From the NCBI GenBank assembly GCA_044223005.1, contig JBGAML010000005.1:192001-256000 (forward strand): DNA of 64,000 bases. The letters run 5' to 3'. The notes beneath the pieces are model-generated. The model was not told the origin of the DNA and ran no database searches. It was given only the letters and a program-made list of their open reading frames with translations. The position numbers and the translations under genes were made by a program. Within the stretch, counting starts at the first letter, position 1. Each line of letters opens with the position of its first letter. Positions 28,471 through 40,290 of the stretch are shown here, one piece after another. Origin of the DNA: Candidatus Eiseniibacteriota bacterium (GTDB lineage: Bacteria > Eisenbacteria > RBG-16-71-46).

Positions 28471-30156
28471 ATGCTCGAACGCCTGACCGTTCGTGACCTC
28501 GCGCTCGTGGAGCGTGCCGAGATCGAGCTCGGCCGCGGCCTGCACGTGGTGACGGGCGAGACGGGCGCGGGCAAGTCGCTCGTCGTGGATTCGCTCGGGC
28601 TGCTGGTCGGCGCGCGCGCCGATGCGGATGCGGTTCGCGAAGGCGCGAAGTCGGCGAGCGTGCAGGGCGAGTTCCGCCTGGGGCCCGACGCGGCCCGGCG
28701 CGCCAACGGCCTGCTGGAGGAGTGGGGCATCGCGTTCGACGGCGAGACGCTGATCGTCCGCCGCGAGGTCTCGAGCGAGGGCCGCAGCCGCGCGCAGGTC
28801 AACGACACCACGGTGACGCTGGCGTCGCTCAAGCGCCTCGGCGAAACGCTGCTCGACCTGCACGGCCAGCACGAGCACCAGAGCCTGCTGCGCGAGGGCG
28901 CGGCGCTGGCGACGCTCGACCGGCTCGCGGGGCTCGATGCCGAGCGCACCGCGTACGGCGAGGCCCTCGCGGCGTTCCGCGAGGCCGAGGGCGAGCTGGC
29001 GCGGCTCACGGCCTCGCTCGCGACGTTCGCGGAGCGGCGCGACTACCTCGCCGCGGCGGCGGCCGAACTGGACGAGGCCCGCCTGGCCGAGGGCGAAGAG
29101 GAGACGCTGCAGATCGAAGCCGCGCGCCTCGCGCACGCGGACCGGCTGCGCGAGCTGGCCTCGACGGCGCTCGAGCGGCTCTCCGAGGGCGAGGCGGCGG
29201 CGACCGCGGCGCTGGCGGCGGCGCAGCACGCGTTGCAGCAGGCGGCGGCACTGGATGCGAGCCTGGAAGAGACGCTGGCGCCGGTGCAGGAAGCGGCGAT
29301 CGCGGCCGAGGACGCGAGCCGCGCACTGGCGCACTACCTGGACGGGCTCGAGGCGGACCCGGAGGCGCTCGAGCGAGTCGAGGCGCGGCGCGAGCTGTAC
29401 GCACGGCTCGTGCGCAAGTACCGGCGCGCGGTGCCGGAGCTGCTGCGCTGGCGCGACGAGCTCGCGGCGGAGCTGGCCGAAGGCGCCGACGCCGACGGCG
29501 CGCTGGAGCGCGCGCGCGAGCGCGTCGCCGCGACCGAGCGCGCGTGCATCGCGCGCGGCAAGGCCCTCACCAAGGCCCGGCAGGCGGCGGCGCGGCAATG
29601 GTCCGCGGCGCTCACGAAGGAGCTCGCGCCGCTCGGCTTCCCGCACGGGGGCGTGGCGTTCGACGTGCTGCCGTTCGCCGACGGCCGGCCGGGCGCGACG
29701 GGCCTGGACGAAGTGCTGCTGCAGTTCCGGCCAAATCCGGGAGAACCGGGCCGTCCGCTGCAAAGAATCGCCTCGGGAGGGGAGCTGTCCCGCGTCATGC
29801 TCGCCCTCAAGTGCGCCCTGCAAGCCCGTGACCGCGTTGACCTTCTGGTCTTCGACGAAGTAGATTCAGGGATCGGCGGTGCCGTTGCACAGGCCGTCGG
29901 GGAGCGTCTCCGGCGCCTGGCCGAGCACCGCCAGGTCATTTGCGTCACCCACCTGCCCATGATCGCCGCACTGGGAAGCCGTCACTTCGCCGTCTCGAAG
30001 TCGACGACGAATGGCCGTACCCGCGCGAGGATCGTGGAGCTGGAACCAGCGGACCGGGTGGAGGAACTGGCCCGGATGCTGGCGGGTGAGCGGGTGACCG
30101 ACACGACCCGGCGCCAGGCACGTGAACTCCTGGCGAGCCCCGCGCCAAAGGCCTGA
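28471..30156 (+). CDS. recN: DNA repair protein RecN
   Basis: [43 protein letters not shown]. Confidence 0.97.
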   Translation: MLERLTVRDLALVERAEIELGRGLHVVTGETGAGKSLVVDSLGLLVGARADADAVREGAKSASVQGEFRLGPDAARRANGLLEEWGIAFDGETLIVRREVSSEGRSRAQVNDTTVTLASLKRLGETLLDLHGQHEHQSLLREGAALATLDRLAGLDAERTAYGEALAAFREAEGELARLTASLATFAERRDYLAAAAAELDEARLAEGEEETLQIEAARLAHADRLRELASTALERLSEGEAAATAALAAAQHALQQAAALDASLEETLAPVQEAAIAAEDASRALAHYLDGLEADPEALERVEARRELYARLVRKYRRAVPELLRWRDELAAELAEGADADGALERARERVAATERACIARGKALTKARQAAARQWSAALTKELAPLGFPHGGVAFDVLPFADGRPGATGLDEVLLQFRPNPGEPGRPLQRIASGGELSRVMLALKCALQARDRVDLLVFDEVDSGIGGAVAQAVGERLRRLAEHRQVICVTHLPMIAALGSRHFAVSKSTTNGRTRARIVELEPADRVEELARMLAGERVTDTTRRQARELLASPAPKA

Positions 30157-30165
30157 GCCCATCCC

Positions 30166-31628
30166 ATGCTCGTCCCGACCCGCTCCGAGTTCCACGCGCT
30201 CGCCAAGACCGGCAAGCTGGTGCCGGTCTATCGCGAGGTCTTCGCGGATCACGAGACTCCCGTCTCGGCGTTCCGCAAGATCCACGACGGCCCCTACGGC
30301 TTCCTGCTCGAGAGCGTGGAGGGCGGCGAGAAGTGGGGCCGTTTCTCGATCCTCGGCAGCCGGCCCTCGCTCGTCTTCCAGGCGCGCGGCGGCCAGTGCG
30401 AGGTCGTGCGCGAGGGCGTCGCCACGAAGCTCGCGGGCCATCCGACCGAGGAGCTCGCGAAGCTCCTTCGCGAGCATCAGGCGGTGGCGCTCCCGGGCCT
30501 GCCGCGCTTCTGCGGCGGCGCCGTCGGCTACCTGGGCTACGACACGGTGCGCTGGTTCGAGCGCGTGCCCGAGAAGGCGGCCGACGAACTGCACCTGCCC
30601 GACGCGGTGTTCCTGTTCGGCGACGTGGTGAGCGTGTTCGACAACCTGACGCACACCATGAAGGTGGTGACGCACGCCCGCGGCGGCGACGACCCGGATC
30701 GCGCGTACGACGCGGCGGTCGCGCGGCTGAACGCCGAGGTCGAGCGCCTGCGCAAGCCGCAGGCGTGGATCGAGCCGCCGGCGTGGGGCGAGGCGAGCGA
30801 ACCGAAGTCGTCGGTCAGCAAGGAGCGCTACATGGCCGCCGTCGAGACGGCCAAGGAGCACATCCGCGCCGGCGACATCTTCCAGGTCGTGCTCGCGCAC
30901 CGCATGAGCGCCGACGTCTCGCAGCCGCCCTTCGAGGGCTATCGCGCGCTGCGCGTCACGAATCCCTCGCCGTACATGTACTACCTGCAGCTCGGCGACT
31001 TCGCGATCGTGGGCAGCTCGCCCGAGGTGCTGGTGCGCCGCACCGACACCACGATCGAGGTGCGCCCCATCGCGGGCACGCGCCCGCGCGGCCGCACGCT
31101 CGACGAGGACCAGCAGCTCGAAGCCGAGCTGCGCGCCGACGAGAAGGAACGCGCCGAGCACGTGATGCTCGTGGACCTGGGCCGCAACGACATCGGCCGC
31201 GTCACCGAGTTCGGCACGGTCGAGACCAACGAGTACATGGTCACCGAGCGCTACTCGCAGGTGATGCACCTCGTCTCCAACGTGCGCGGCCGCGTCCGCG
31301 GCGAGATGACGCCGCTCGACGTGGTGCGCGCGACGTTCCCGGCGGGTACGGTCTCGGGCGCGCCCAAGGTGCGCGCGATGGAGATCATCGAGGACCTGGA
31401 GCCGGTGCGGCGCGCGATCTACGCAGGCGCCGTGGGCCACTTCGACTACCACGGCAACCTCGACCTCGCGATCGCCATCCGAACGCTCGTCTACGCGCAT
31501 GGCAAGGCGTACTGGGGCGTGGGCGCGGGGATCGTCGCGGACTCCGACCCGGAGCGCGAGTGGGAAGAGACCATGAACAAGGGCCGGGCGCTGTGGCTCG
31601 CGGTGCAGCGGGCGGAGCGGGGGGCGCG

Positions 31629-31632
<4 letters not shown>
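30166..31632 (+). CDS. trpE: Anthranilate synthase component I
   Basis: [47 protein letters not shown]. Confidence 0.95.
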
Positions 31633-32215
<583 letters not shown>

Positions 32216-32219
<4 letters not shown>

Positions 32220-33223
32220 TCCAGACCGCCATCGCCCGCGTCGTCTCCGGCCATTCGCTCTCGCGCGAGCAGGCCCGCGCCACCATGGACCAGATCCTGG
32301 CCGGCGAGGCGACGCCGTCGCAGATCGCCGGGCTCGCCGTGGCGCTGCGCATGAAGGGGGAGACGGCCGACGAGATCACCGGGATGACCCGCGCGATGCG
32401 CGCGCTCGTGCCGCCACTGCACACCAAGCGCTCGCCGCTCGTGGACACCTGCGGCACGGGCGGTGACAACGCCGGCACGTTCAACATCTCGACGACGGCG
32501 GCGATCGTGGTGGCCTCGTGCGACGTGGCGGTGGCCAAGCACGGCAACCGCGCGGTCTCGAGCCGCACGGGCAGCGCCGACGTGCTGGAGTCGCTGGGCG
32601 TCGGCATCGACCTGACGCCGGTCGACGCGGCGCGCTCGCTCGACGCGATCGGGATCACGTTCCTCTTCGCGCCCAACTACCACGGCGCGCTGCGGCACGC
32701 GGTGGGTCCGCGCCGCGAGCTCGGGATCCGCACGGTCTTCAACGTGCTGGGGCCCCTCACGAATCCCGCGGGCGCCTCGCGCCAGCTGCTCGGCGTCTAC
32801 GCCGACAGCCTGGTGCGTACGATCGCCGACGTGCTGCTCGAACTGGGCAGCGAGCGTGCGATGGTGGTGCACGGGCAGGACGGCATGGACGAGCTGACGG
32901 TGTTCGCGCGCAACCACGTGGCCGAACTGCGCGACGGCAAGGTGACCGAGTACGAGGTGGATCCGGCGCAGTACGGCCTGGCCCACACCGACCGCCACGG
33001 GGTGGCGGGCGGCAACGCCTCCGAGAACGCCGCGCGCGTGCGCGCCGTGCTCGACGGCGAGAAGGGCCCGGCGCGGGATATCGTGGTGCTCAACGCCGCG
33101 GCGACGCTCGTCGTCGCGGGCGTGGTGCCGGACCTCGGCGCCGGCGTCGAGCGGGCCCGTGCCGCGCTCGATCGCGGGGACGCCCGCCGCAAGCTCGCCG
33201 ACCTCGCCGCGTTCCGCGGCTAG
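32216..33223 (+). CDS. trpD: Anthranilate phosphoribosyltransferase
   Basis: [34 protein letters not shown] start. Confidence 0.96.
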
Positions 33224-33240
33224 GCTCCGCAGGAGGCAAC

Positions 33241-33840
33241 GTGTACTGCACGCGCTGTGGCACCTGGGCCCCGGAGGCGGGCACCGCGTGCCCGCGCTGC
33301 GGCGAGCCGCTGGCCGCGCCGGCCGCCGCACGCCCCGAAACGGCGCCGCGCGCCGCCGCCGTCCCGGCGGGACCGCGCTACGGCGGCTTCTGGCGCCGGC
33401 TGTGGGCGTGGCTGGTCGACGGGCTCGTGCTGTTCTTCCCGGACACGATCCTGCGCCTGACGCTCGACCTGCCGACGCCGCTGCGCACGCGCCCGTCGAT
33501 CGACGGCGACACGCACCGCGTGATCGTGGGCTTCGCGATCACGACGGCGCTCTGGTGGCTCTACTGCTCCATCCTCGAGAGCTCGCCGATGCAGGGCACG
33601 CTGGGCCAGCAGCTGCTGGGCCTCAAGGTCACCGACCTCGCCGGCCGCCGCGTGTCGTACCTGCGTGCGACGGGGCGCTACTTCGGGCAGTTCCTCTCGA
33701 GCCTGATCTGCGGCGTCGGTTACCTGTTCAACCTGTGGACGCCGCGACGGCAGACGCTCCACGACATGGTCTCGGGCTGCGTGCTCGTGCGCCCCGAGCC
33801 GGAGCCGGCGCCGGTTGCGCTGGCCAAGGAGACGGTGTGA
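33241..33840 (+). CDS. RDD family membrane protein with N-terminal zinc ribbon
   Basis: CTRCG...CPRCG; YGGFWRRLWAWLVD; RQTLHDM; AGGAGG RBS. Confidence 0.85.
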   Translation: MYCTRCGTWAPEAGTACPRCGEPLAAPAAARPETAPRAAAVPAGPRYGGFWRRLWAWLVDGLVLFFPDTILRLTLDLPTPLRTRPSIDGDTHRVIVGFAITTALWWLYCSILESSPMQGTLGQQLLGLKVTDLAGRRVSYLRATGRYFGQFLSSLICGVGYLFNLWTPRRQTLHDMVSGCVLVRPEPEPAPVALAKETV

Positions 33841-34652
33841 GCACTTCGGGCGTGGATTTCCTGGCGCGCATCGCCGCGGACCGCCGCAAGCGGGTCGAGG
33901 CCATGCGCACGGCGGTGCCGGCGCACGTGCTGCGCGAGCGCATCGGCCGCATCGAGCCGGCGGGCCGGCTGGAGCGCGCGCTGCGGCGTGGGGGAGACGC
34001 GGGCGCGATCAAGATGCTCTGCGAGGTGAAACGCGCCTCGCCCTCGCGAGGGATGCTCAACGAGCGCGTCGACCCGGTCGCGACCGCGCGGCTCTACGAA
34101 GCCGGTGGCGCGGCGGCGGTATCGCTGGTCACCGAGCCGGACCATTTCCGCGGCGATCCCGAGTGGATGAACGCCGTGCGGCCGCAGGTGAAGCTGCCAC
34201 TGCTGCTCAAGGACTTCGTCATCGACTCGTACCAGATCCTCGACGCGGCGGCGCGCGGCGCCGACGCGGTGCTGCTGCTCGCGGCGCTGCTCTCGGAGAC
34301 CGAGATTCAGCGCTACGTCACCGAGGCGCGGCTGCTGGGGCTGGACGCGCTGGTCGAGGTGCACGACGAGGCCGAGCTGGCGCACGCGCTGCGCGCGGGC
34401 GCGACGATCGTCGGCATCAACAACCGCAGCCTGCACACGTTCGAGGTCGACCTGCAGACGTCGATCCGGCTGCTGCCGGGCCTGCCGGATTACGTCACCG
34501 CCGTGGCCGAGAGCGGACTCTCGCGCCCCGAGGACCTCGCACGGCTGCGCGCCACGCGCTGCGACGCCGTGCTGATGGGCGAGGTGTTCATGACGAGCGC
34601 CGATCCCGCGGCCACGCTGGCGAGCCTCGCCGCGGCCGCGCGCGGCGCATGA
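33837..34652 (+). CDS. trpC: Indole-3-glycerol phosphate synthase
   Basis: EVKRASPSRG, KDFVID.YQ, LVEVH, GINNR, VAESG. Confidence 0.95.
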   Translation: MSTSGVDFLARIAADRRKRVEAMRTAVPAHVLRERIGRIEPAGRLERALRRGGDAGAIKMLCEVKRASPSRGMLNERVDPVATARLYEAGGAAAVSLVTEPDHFRGDPEWMNAVRPQVKLPLLLKDFVIDSYQILDAAARGADAVLLLAALLSETEIQRYVTEARLLGLDALVEVHDEAELAHALRAGATIVGINNRSLHTFEVDLQTSIRLLPGLPDYVTAVAESGLSRPEDLARLRATRCDAVLMGEVFMTSADPAATLASLAAAARGA

Positions 34653-35299
34653 CGGACACGCGCGCGGGCCGCCGGCGGACGCTGGTCAAGGTGTGCGGCC
34701 TGACGCGCGCCGGCGACGCCGCGGGTGCGATCGCGGCGGGCGCCGACTGGCTGGGATTCATCGTCAACGCGGGCGGCCCCCGGCAGGTGGGCGCCGACGG
34801 CATGGCGGCGATCATGGCCGCGCTGCCGGGCGCCACCGGCGTCGCGGTGCTGGCGGCGGTGGGGCCGGAAGAGGCGCTCGCGATCGGTCGGCGCGCGGGC
34901 GCGACGCGGCTGCAGCTGCACCGCTGTGATCCGGCCGCGTGGCCGGCGGATTTCCCGTTGCCGTGCGCGTTCGTGGCGGGCGTCGACGCCGACGGCCACG
35001 TGCACGCGCCGGTCGCACCAGAGCCGCACCTCGTGCATCTCGACACGGCGCACCCCACGCTGGACGGCGGCACCGGCCGCACCTTCCCGTGGGACCGTGC
35101 GCGCGAGATCGTGGGCGGACGGCCGTTCCTGCTCGCGGGTGGGCTCGGCCCCGACAACGTGGCCGCGGCCATCGCCGCGGCGGCGCCGATGGGAGTGGAC
35201 GCATCGTCCCGGCTCGAATCCGTGCCGGGGATCAAGGACATGGAGCTCGTGCGGCGCTTCGTCGCCGCGGTACGGGAGTGCGATGAACGCCAAGCCTGA
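34649..35299 (+). CDS. trpF: Phosphoribosylanthranilate isomerase
   Basis: [35 protein letters not shown]. Confidence 0.93.
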   Translation: MTDTRAGRRRTLVKVCGLTRAGDAAGAIAAGADWLGFIVNAGGPRQVGADGMAAIMAALPGATGVAVLAAVGPEEALAIGRRAGATRLQLHRCDPAAWPADFPLPCAFVAGVDADGHVHAPVAPEPHLVHLDTAHPTLDGGTGRTFPWDRAREIVGGRPFLLAGGLGPDNVAAAIAAAAPMGVDASSRLESVPGIKDMELVRRFVAAVRECDERQA

Positions 35300-36479
35300 C
35301 ATGCCCGACGCCGGCGGCCACTTCGGCCCCTACGGCGGCCAGTACGCGCCCGAGACGCTGATCCACGCGCTGGAGGAACTGGAGCGCGAGTACCGGCGCG
35401 CCCAGTCCGACCCGGCGTTCCAGCGCGAACTGGACGACGTGCTGCGCGACTTCGCCGGCCGCCCGACGCCGCTGGTCGAGGCGAAGCGGCTTTCGGAAGC
35501 GGCGGGCTGCCGCGTGTTCCTGAAGCGCGAGGACCTGCTGCACACGGGCGCGCACAAGATCAACAACACGATCGGCCAGTGCCTGCTCACGAAGCGCATG
35601 GGCAAGCCGCGCGTGATCGCCGAGACGGGCGCCGGCCAGCACGGCGTCGCCACCGCGGCGGCCGCGGCCCGCTTCGGACTCGAGTGCACGGTCTACATGG
35701 GCTGCGAGGACGCGCGCCGCCAGAAGCTCAACGTGGAACGCATGCGGCTGCTGGGCGCCGAGGTGCGCGAGGTGGACGCGGGCTCGAAGACGCTGAAGGA
35801 CGCGATCAACGAGGCGATGCGCGACTGGGTGACACGCGTGCGTGACACGCACTACATCCTGGGCTCGGTGCTGGGCCCGCACCCGTTCCCGGTGATGGTG
35901 CGCGACTTCCATCGCGTGATCGGCATCGAGGCGCGCCGCCAGTTCGACGAGCTCGCGGGCGGCCAGCCGGACGTGCTGGTCGCGTGTGTGGGCGGCGGCA
36001 GCAACGCGATCGGCCTCTTCCACGCGTTCCTGGGCGACGCGAAGGTGCGCAAGGTGGGCGTGGAGGCGGGCGGCCACGGCCTCGCGAGCGGCAAGCACGC
36101 GGCGCGCGTCCCCGAGCACAGCGTCGGCGTGCTGCACGGCACGCGCACGCTGATCCTGCAGGACGAGCTGGGCATGGTGCGCGAGACGCACTCGGTCTCC
36201 GCGGGCCTCGACTACCCGGCGCTGGGACCGGAGCACGCGTGGCTGCTGGATCAGGGGCTTGCGGAGTACTCGCACGCGACGGACGAGGAAGCGCTCGCGG
36301 CGTTCGAGAAGCTCTCGCGGCTGGAAGGCATCCTGCCGGCGCTCGAGTCGTCGCATGCGCTCGCGTGGGTGCTGCGGGAAGGGGCGAAGCTCGGTCGCGA
36401 CGCGCGGGTGGTCGTGAACCTCTCGGGACGCGGCGACAAGGACGTGGCGGAAGTGCTGAGGGTGACGGGGCGGGGGTAG
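35283..36479 (+). CDS. trpB: Tryptophan synthase beta chain
   Basis: [45 protein letters not shown]. Confidence 0.98.
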   Translation: MNAKPDMPDAGGHFGPYGGQYAPETLIHALEELEREYRRAQSDPAFQRELDDVLRDFAGRPTPLVEAKRLSEAAGCRVFLKREDLLHTGAHKINNTIGQCLLTKRMGKPRVIAETGAGQHGVATAAAAARFGLECTVYMGCEDARRQKLNVERMRLLGAEVREVDAGSKTLKDAINEAMRDWVTRVRDTHYILGSVLGPHPFPVMVRDFHRVIGIEARRQFDELAGGQPDVLVACVGGGSNAIGLFHAFLGDAKVRKVGVEAGGHGLASGKHAARVPEHSVGVLHGTRTLILQDELGMVRETHSVSAGLDYPALGPEHAWLLDQGLAEYSHATDEEALAAFEKLSRLEGILPALESSHALAWVLREGAKLGRDARVVVNLSGRGDKDVAEVLRVTGRG

Positions 36480-36772
36480 GGGCGAGGGGCACCGCTCCGT
36501 CAGGCCGCGAGCATGTACGCGCGACCTGAGACGCACGATCACTCCGCCCTTGACAGCATTCCGCGCGCATCGAGTTCGCTCTCGCGACTGCCTGCGCCGC
36601 ATCGCTTGAGCGCGCCACGATCGGCGTGTGTCGCGCCCGGCGCGTCCCATCGCCACAACTTTGTCGCGACGCGCATCATTTCGCGGCGTGCGCGCGCCTG
36701 TGGCGGCCGCTTTCGCGTGTGCTACACAGTGCGTGCGCTCGACACGCACCCGCCCCCGACGCGGATGTGCTC

Positions 36773-38116
36773 ATGCGGACCGTTCGCTCTTTGTTCTCGC
36801 TCACGCCCCAGGTCCTGGTTTCGGAGACGCGCTCGTTGCTGGCGGCGCGCGCCGTCAATCTCGCGGAGTTGCTCGAACACCTCGCCGAGATCGACGCGCG
36901 GAAGCTCTACGTCGAGGCGGCGTACGGCTCGACGACGGCGTTCCTCGTCGGCGAACTGGGGATGGATCCGGATTCGGCGAACAAGAAGATCCAGGCGGCG
37001 CGTGCCGTTCGCCGAGTTCCGGCACTCCTGCCGGCGATTGCGGACGGGCGGCTGCACCTGAGCGCGGCGCTCATGCTGCTACCGTCGATCGATGTCGAGA
37101 ATGCCGAAGAGCTGATCGCTGCCGCCTCCAATCGCTCGTGTGGTGCGATCCGAGTGATGCTCGCCGAGCGGGTACGGACGCGCGAGCCACAGGCGGGCGC
37201 AGACCTGCTTTCGCAAGTCGTTGCGAATACTGAAAGCGAACCGGATTCAAATCCGGTCATTTCCAGAAACGGTCAAGTGGCCGCGACGGTCCAGCAGACC
37301 GCTGCCCAGCCCGCGCCAGTCGCTCCGGCCCGCCGCACGATCACGTTCACCGTTCCCGCCGAGCTGGCTGAAGCCTACCGTGCCGCCCTCGCGCTCGCGC
37401 CCTACGACGTCGCGCGTGACGCCGTTCGCGCGTTCGAGCAGATGGTGGCGGCGTGGCGCGAGAAGCTCGAGAAGCGGAAGTTCGGGAGCGAGACGCCCCG
37501 TGCCGCCAGCAAGGCGTCGACGGACTCCCGCTGCATCCCGAAACACGTGCGCCGCGAGGTCTGGCGGCGCGACGGCGGCCAGTGCACGTACGTGAGCGAC
37601 ACCGGCCGCCGCTGCGAATGCCGCAAGCAGCTGCAGTTCGATCACATCATCTCGCGCGCGCTCGGTGGCGAGTCGACGCCCCCGAACCTGCGGCTCCGCT
37701 GTCACGCGCACAATCAGCTCGAGGCCGAGCGCGCGTTCGGCAAGCGCTTCATGGAGGGCAAGCGCGAGGCCGCCCGCGCCGAGCGCGAACGGGAGAGAGC
37801 CGCTCGCGAGGCCCGCCGCGCGGCCCGCGAGCTCGAGCGCGCCGATCGGGAGCGAGCTGAGAGCCAAGCTCCCGCCGTGCGACGCGCCGAACGCCAACGC
37901 GTCGCCGAGTCCGAGGCAGCGAGCAGGGAAGCCGCCAAGGAGCTGATTCCCTGGCTGCGCGGGCTCGGCCTGCGGCAGCACGAGGCCCGGGACGTCGCGC
38001 TTCGGACGCCCATCCTCCCGAATGCACCGCTCGAAGCCCGCGTCAAAGCCGCGCTGCGCCTTCTCGGCCCGCGGGGCATGCGCACGACTTCATGCGCCGC
38101 TCCGAACCCCGCGTGA
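36773..38116 (+). CDS. HNH endonuclease domain protein (DUF222-like N-terminus)
   Basis: RCIPKHVRREVWRRDGGQC...C...LQFDHI...GG...NLRLRCHAHN; N-terminal HLAEIDARKLY. Confidence 0.85.
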   Translation: MRTVRSLFSLTPQVLVSETRSLLAARAVNLAELLEHLAEIDARKLYVEAAYGSTTAFLVGELGMDPDSANKKIQAARAVRRVPALLPAIADGRLHLSAALMLLPSIDVENAEELIAAASNRSCGAIRVMLAERVRTREPQAGADLLSQVVANTESEPDSNPVISRNGQVAATVQQTAAQPAPVAPARRTITFTVPAELAEAYRAALALAPYDVARDAVRAFEQMVAAWREKLEKRKFGSETPRAASKASTDSRCIPKHVRREVWRRDGGQCTYVSDTGRRCECRKQLQFDHIISRALGGESTPPNLRLRCHAHNQLEAERAFGKRFMEGKREAARAERERERAAREARRAARELERADRERAESQAPAVRRAERQRVAESEAASREAAKELIPWLRGLGLRQHEARDVALRTPILPNAPLEARVKAALRLLGPRGMRTTSCAAPNPA

Positions 38117-38192
38117 CCACGAGCGCGGCCCATGCGAAAGGCGCGACGGCCTCTTCGGCCGTCGCGCCTGCGCTGATCGCGATCCGAAGAAC

Positions 38193-38930
38193 TCAGCCCT
38201 TGCTCGGCAGGTACTCCGCCACCCGATGCGCGACCTTGCTCGGCGTCAGCGAGTGCAGCCAGATGCGGCCGGGGCCGGTCAGCGTCGCGAGGAACAGGCC
38301 TTCGCCGCCCATGAGGATGTTCGTGAAGCCCTTGATCATCTCGATGTCGAAGCTCACCGAGGCGTCGAACATGGCCACGTGGCCGGGCTCGACGCGCATC
38401 TTCTCGCCGGGCTTCAGGTGATATTCGATCGCGTCGCCGTCGAGTTCGGCGAAGGCGGCACCGGGGCCGGTCAGCTTCTGGAGCACGAAGCCTTCGCCGG
38501 CGAAGAGGCCGGCGCCGAGGCGGCGGTTGAAGAAGATGTCCAACGTGACGGTCTTCTCGGCGCAGAGGAACGCGTGCTTGTGGAGCACGATCGACTGCTG
38601 GCCGGCGAGCTCGAACGCGAGCACCTTGCCGGGGAAGTCGGCCGAGAAGGCGACGTGTCCGGCCTCGCCCTGGGCGGTGTAGTCGACGAGGAAGAGCGTG
38701 GCGCCGCTGACGGCGCGCTTCAGCAGTCCGCCGATGCCGCCGGTCGAGCGCGTGTTCATCTGCACCGACTGGCTCATCCATGACATGCCGCCGGCGTCGG
38801 AGACGATCGTCTGGCCGGCGGCGAGGTCCACGAGCAGCGTCTGCTGGATGCTGCCGTCGATGCGATAGTCGATGCCGGCGGCGGTCCTGCCACTCGTTTC
38901 GGCGGGAGCGGGAATGTCGGGGATGGCCAT
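38193..38930 (-). CDS. AIM24 / TIGR00266 family protein
   Basis: SDAGGMSW, DFPGKV, GEGFVLQKLTG, GGEGLFLATLTGPGRIWL. Confidence 0.9.
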   Translation of the reverse strand: MAIPDIPAPAETSGRTAAGIDYRIDGSIQQTLLVDLAAGQTIVSDAGGMSWMSQSVQMNTRSTGGIGGLLKRAVSGATLFLVDYTAQGEAGHVAFSADFPGKVLAFELAGQQSIVLHKHAFLCAEKTVTLDIFFNRRLGAGLFAGEGFVLQKLTGPGAAFAELDGDAIEYHLKPGEKMRVEPGHVAMFDASVSFDIEMIKGFTNILMGGEGLFLATLTGPGRIWLHSLTPSKVAHRVAEYLPSKG

Positions 38931-39055
38931 GCGGGCCTCGTCGGGAAAGGGTGGAGGTGGGGCTCGCGCGCGACCGTAGCCGAGCGCTCGCGCGCGGGCC
39001 AGCCGGGGCGGCTGTACGCCCACGGTCCGCCCGTGCTATAAACGGTCCCCGCCGT

Positions 39056-39132
39056 GCGCCCGTAGCTCAATTGGATAGAGCGTTAGCCTCCGGAGCTAAA
39101 GGTTACAGGTTCGATTCCTGTCGGGCGCACCA
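39056..39132 (+). tRNA. tRNA-Arg(CCG)
   Basis: GCGCCCG/CGGGCGC acceptor, TTAGC-CTCCGGA-GCTAA anticodon arm, TTCGATT T-loop, CCA. Confidence 0.96.
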
Positions 39133-39165
39133 TCCCTTCCTCCGCGGGCCGTCCCCGGAAACCTC

Positions 39166-40212
39166 GTGAGGTCGCGGCCCTTGTCCACACCGGATCGCTT
39201 CGAACCGCATGCGTCGCGCGCGATGGCGTCGATGTTCGACGACGTCTCGGGGCGCTACGACCTGCTCAACCGGCTGATGACGCTGGGGCAGGACGGGGCC
39301 TGGCGCGAAGCCATGTGGCGCGGCGTGCCGGAATCGGCCCGCGTGGTGCTCGACTTGTGCACGGGCAGCGGCGTGTCGCTGCCGGGGCTACGCCGGCCGG
39401 GCCGCACGGTGCTCGGCGTGGACGTGAGCTTCGCCATGCTCGAAGTGGCGCGCGACCAGTTCGGCGGCCCGGGCTGGGCGCCGCGCGTGGCGTGCGCGGA
39501 CGCGTTCCGGCTGCCGCTGCGCGACGGCGGCGTGGACGCCGTGACGGTGGCGTTCGGCGTGCGCAACCTGCGCCCACGCACCACCGCGCTGGCCGAGATC
39601 GCGCGCGTGCTCTCGGCGGGCGGCGTGCTCTCGGTGCTCGAGGCCGCGGCGCCCGCGCCGGGTCCGCTCGCGGGCGGGCACGCGTTCTGGCTGCGCCACA
39701 TGGTGCCGCTGCTCGGGCGGCTCTCGCCGGATCCGAGCGCCTACCGCTACCTGCGCGACTCGATCTTCGAGTTCGGCGCCGGGCCGGAGTTCGAGCGCGA
39801 CCTGGACGCGGCCGGATTCGACGTGATCGAGCGCCGCAGCTTCCTGCTCGGGGCGACCCGGCTCTGGGTTGCCCGGAGGCGAGGGAGCGCTGGTCAATCT
39901 CGCGCCATCGCACGCGACGCCGTGCAGGATGCACGGAGCACTGGGGCAGCTTCCGCTCCCGGCGACCCCGGCCTGCGCGAGCTCGCGGCCGGAACGGGGG
40001 CATGGCGCCACGTCCAGCTCCTCGTCTCGGCGGCCCTCACGGCCGCCCTGGCGTGGACGTGGAACGTCTACGCCAAGCTCAATGCCGACTTGCCCTTGTC
40101 GCCGCCGCAACGGACGATGGGCTGGTGGCTCGTGGTGGGCGGGACGATCGTTTTCGGGCTGCGGACGCTCTGGTTTCTCGCCACTCTCCGGCTCGTCCGG
40201 CGGCGGCGCTGA
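39166..40212 (+). CDS. UbiE/MenG-family methyltransferase with C-terminal membrane extension
   Basis: MFDDVSGRYDLLNRLMTLG, LDLCTGSG, AFGVRN, AYRYL..SI. Confidence 0.8.
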   Translation: MRSRPLSTPDRFEPHASRAMASMFDDVSGRYDLLNRLMTLGQDGAWREAMWRGVPESARVVLDLCTGSGVSLPGLRRPGRTVLGVDVSFAMLEVARDQFGGPGWAPRVACADAFRLPLRDGGVDAVTVAFGVRNLRPRTTALAEIARVLSAGGVLSVLEAAAPAPGPLAGGHAFWLRHMVPLLGRLSPDPSAYRYLRDSIFEFGAGPEFERDLDAAGFDVIERRSFLLGATRLWVARRRGSAGQSRAIARDAVQDARSTGAASAPGDPGLRELAAGTGAWRHVQLLVSAALTAALAWTWNVYAKLNADLPLSPPQRTMGWWLVVGGTIVFGLRTLWFLATLRLVRRRR

Positions 40213-40227
40213 GACGGTCGGGGCATC

Positions 40228-40242
40228 TGGCACAGGCATTGC
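40228..40242 (+). promoter_or_regulatory. Sigma54 (-24/-12) promoter
   Basis: TGGCAC-AGGCA-TTGC, exact consensus, intergenic, 48 nt before the ATG. Confidence 0.75.
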
Positions 40243-40290
40243 CAGTTCTGGGTGGGATTTGCCCCACAAACCACCTGGAAGAAGACCCCC

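Noticed and set aside
36550..36580. TTGACA upstream of the HNH gene
   Set aside because: No credible -10 element at 16-18 bp spacing
39056..39200. Integrative element at tRNA-Arg or tRNA-Val
   Set aside because: No integrase and no duplicated tRNA 3' end seen in the window
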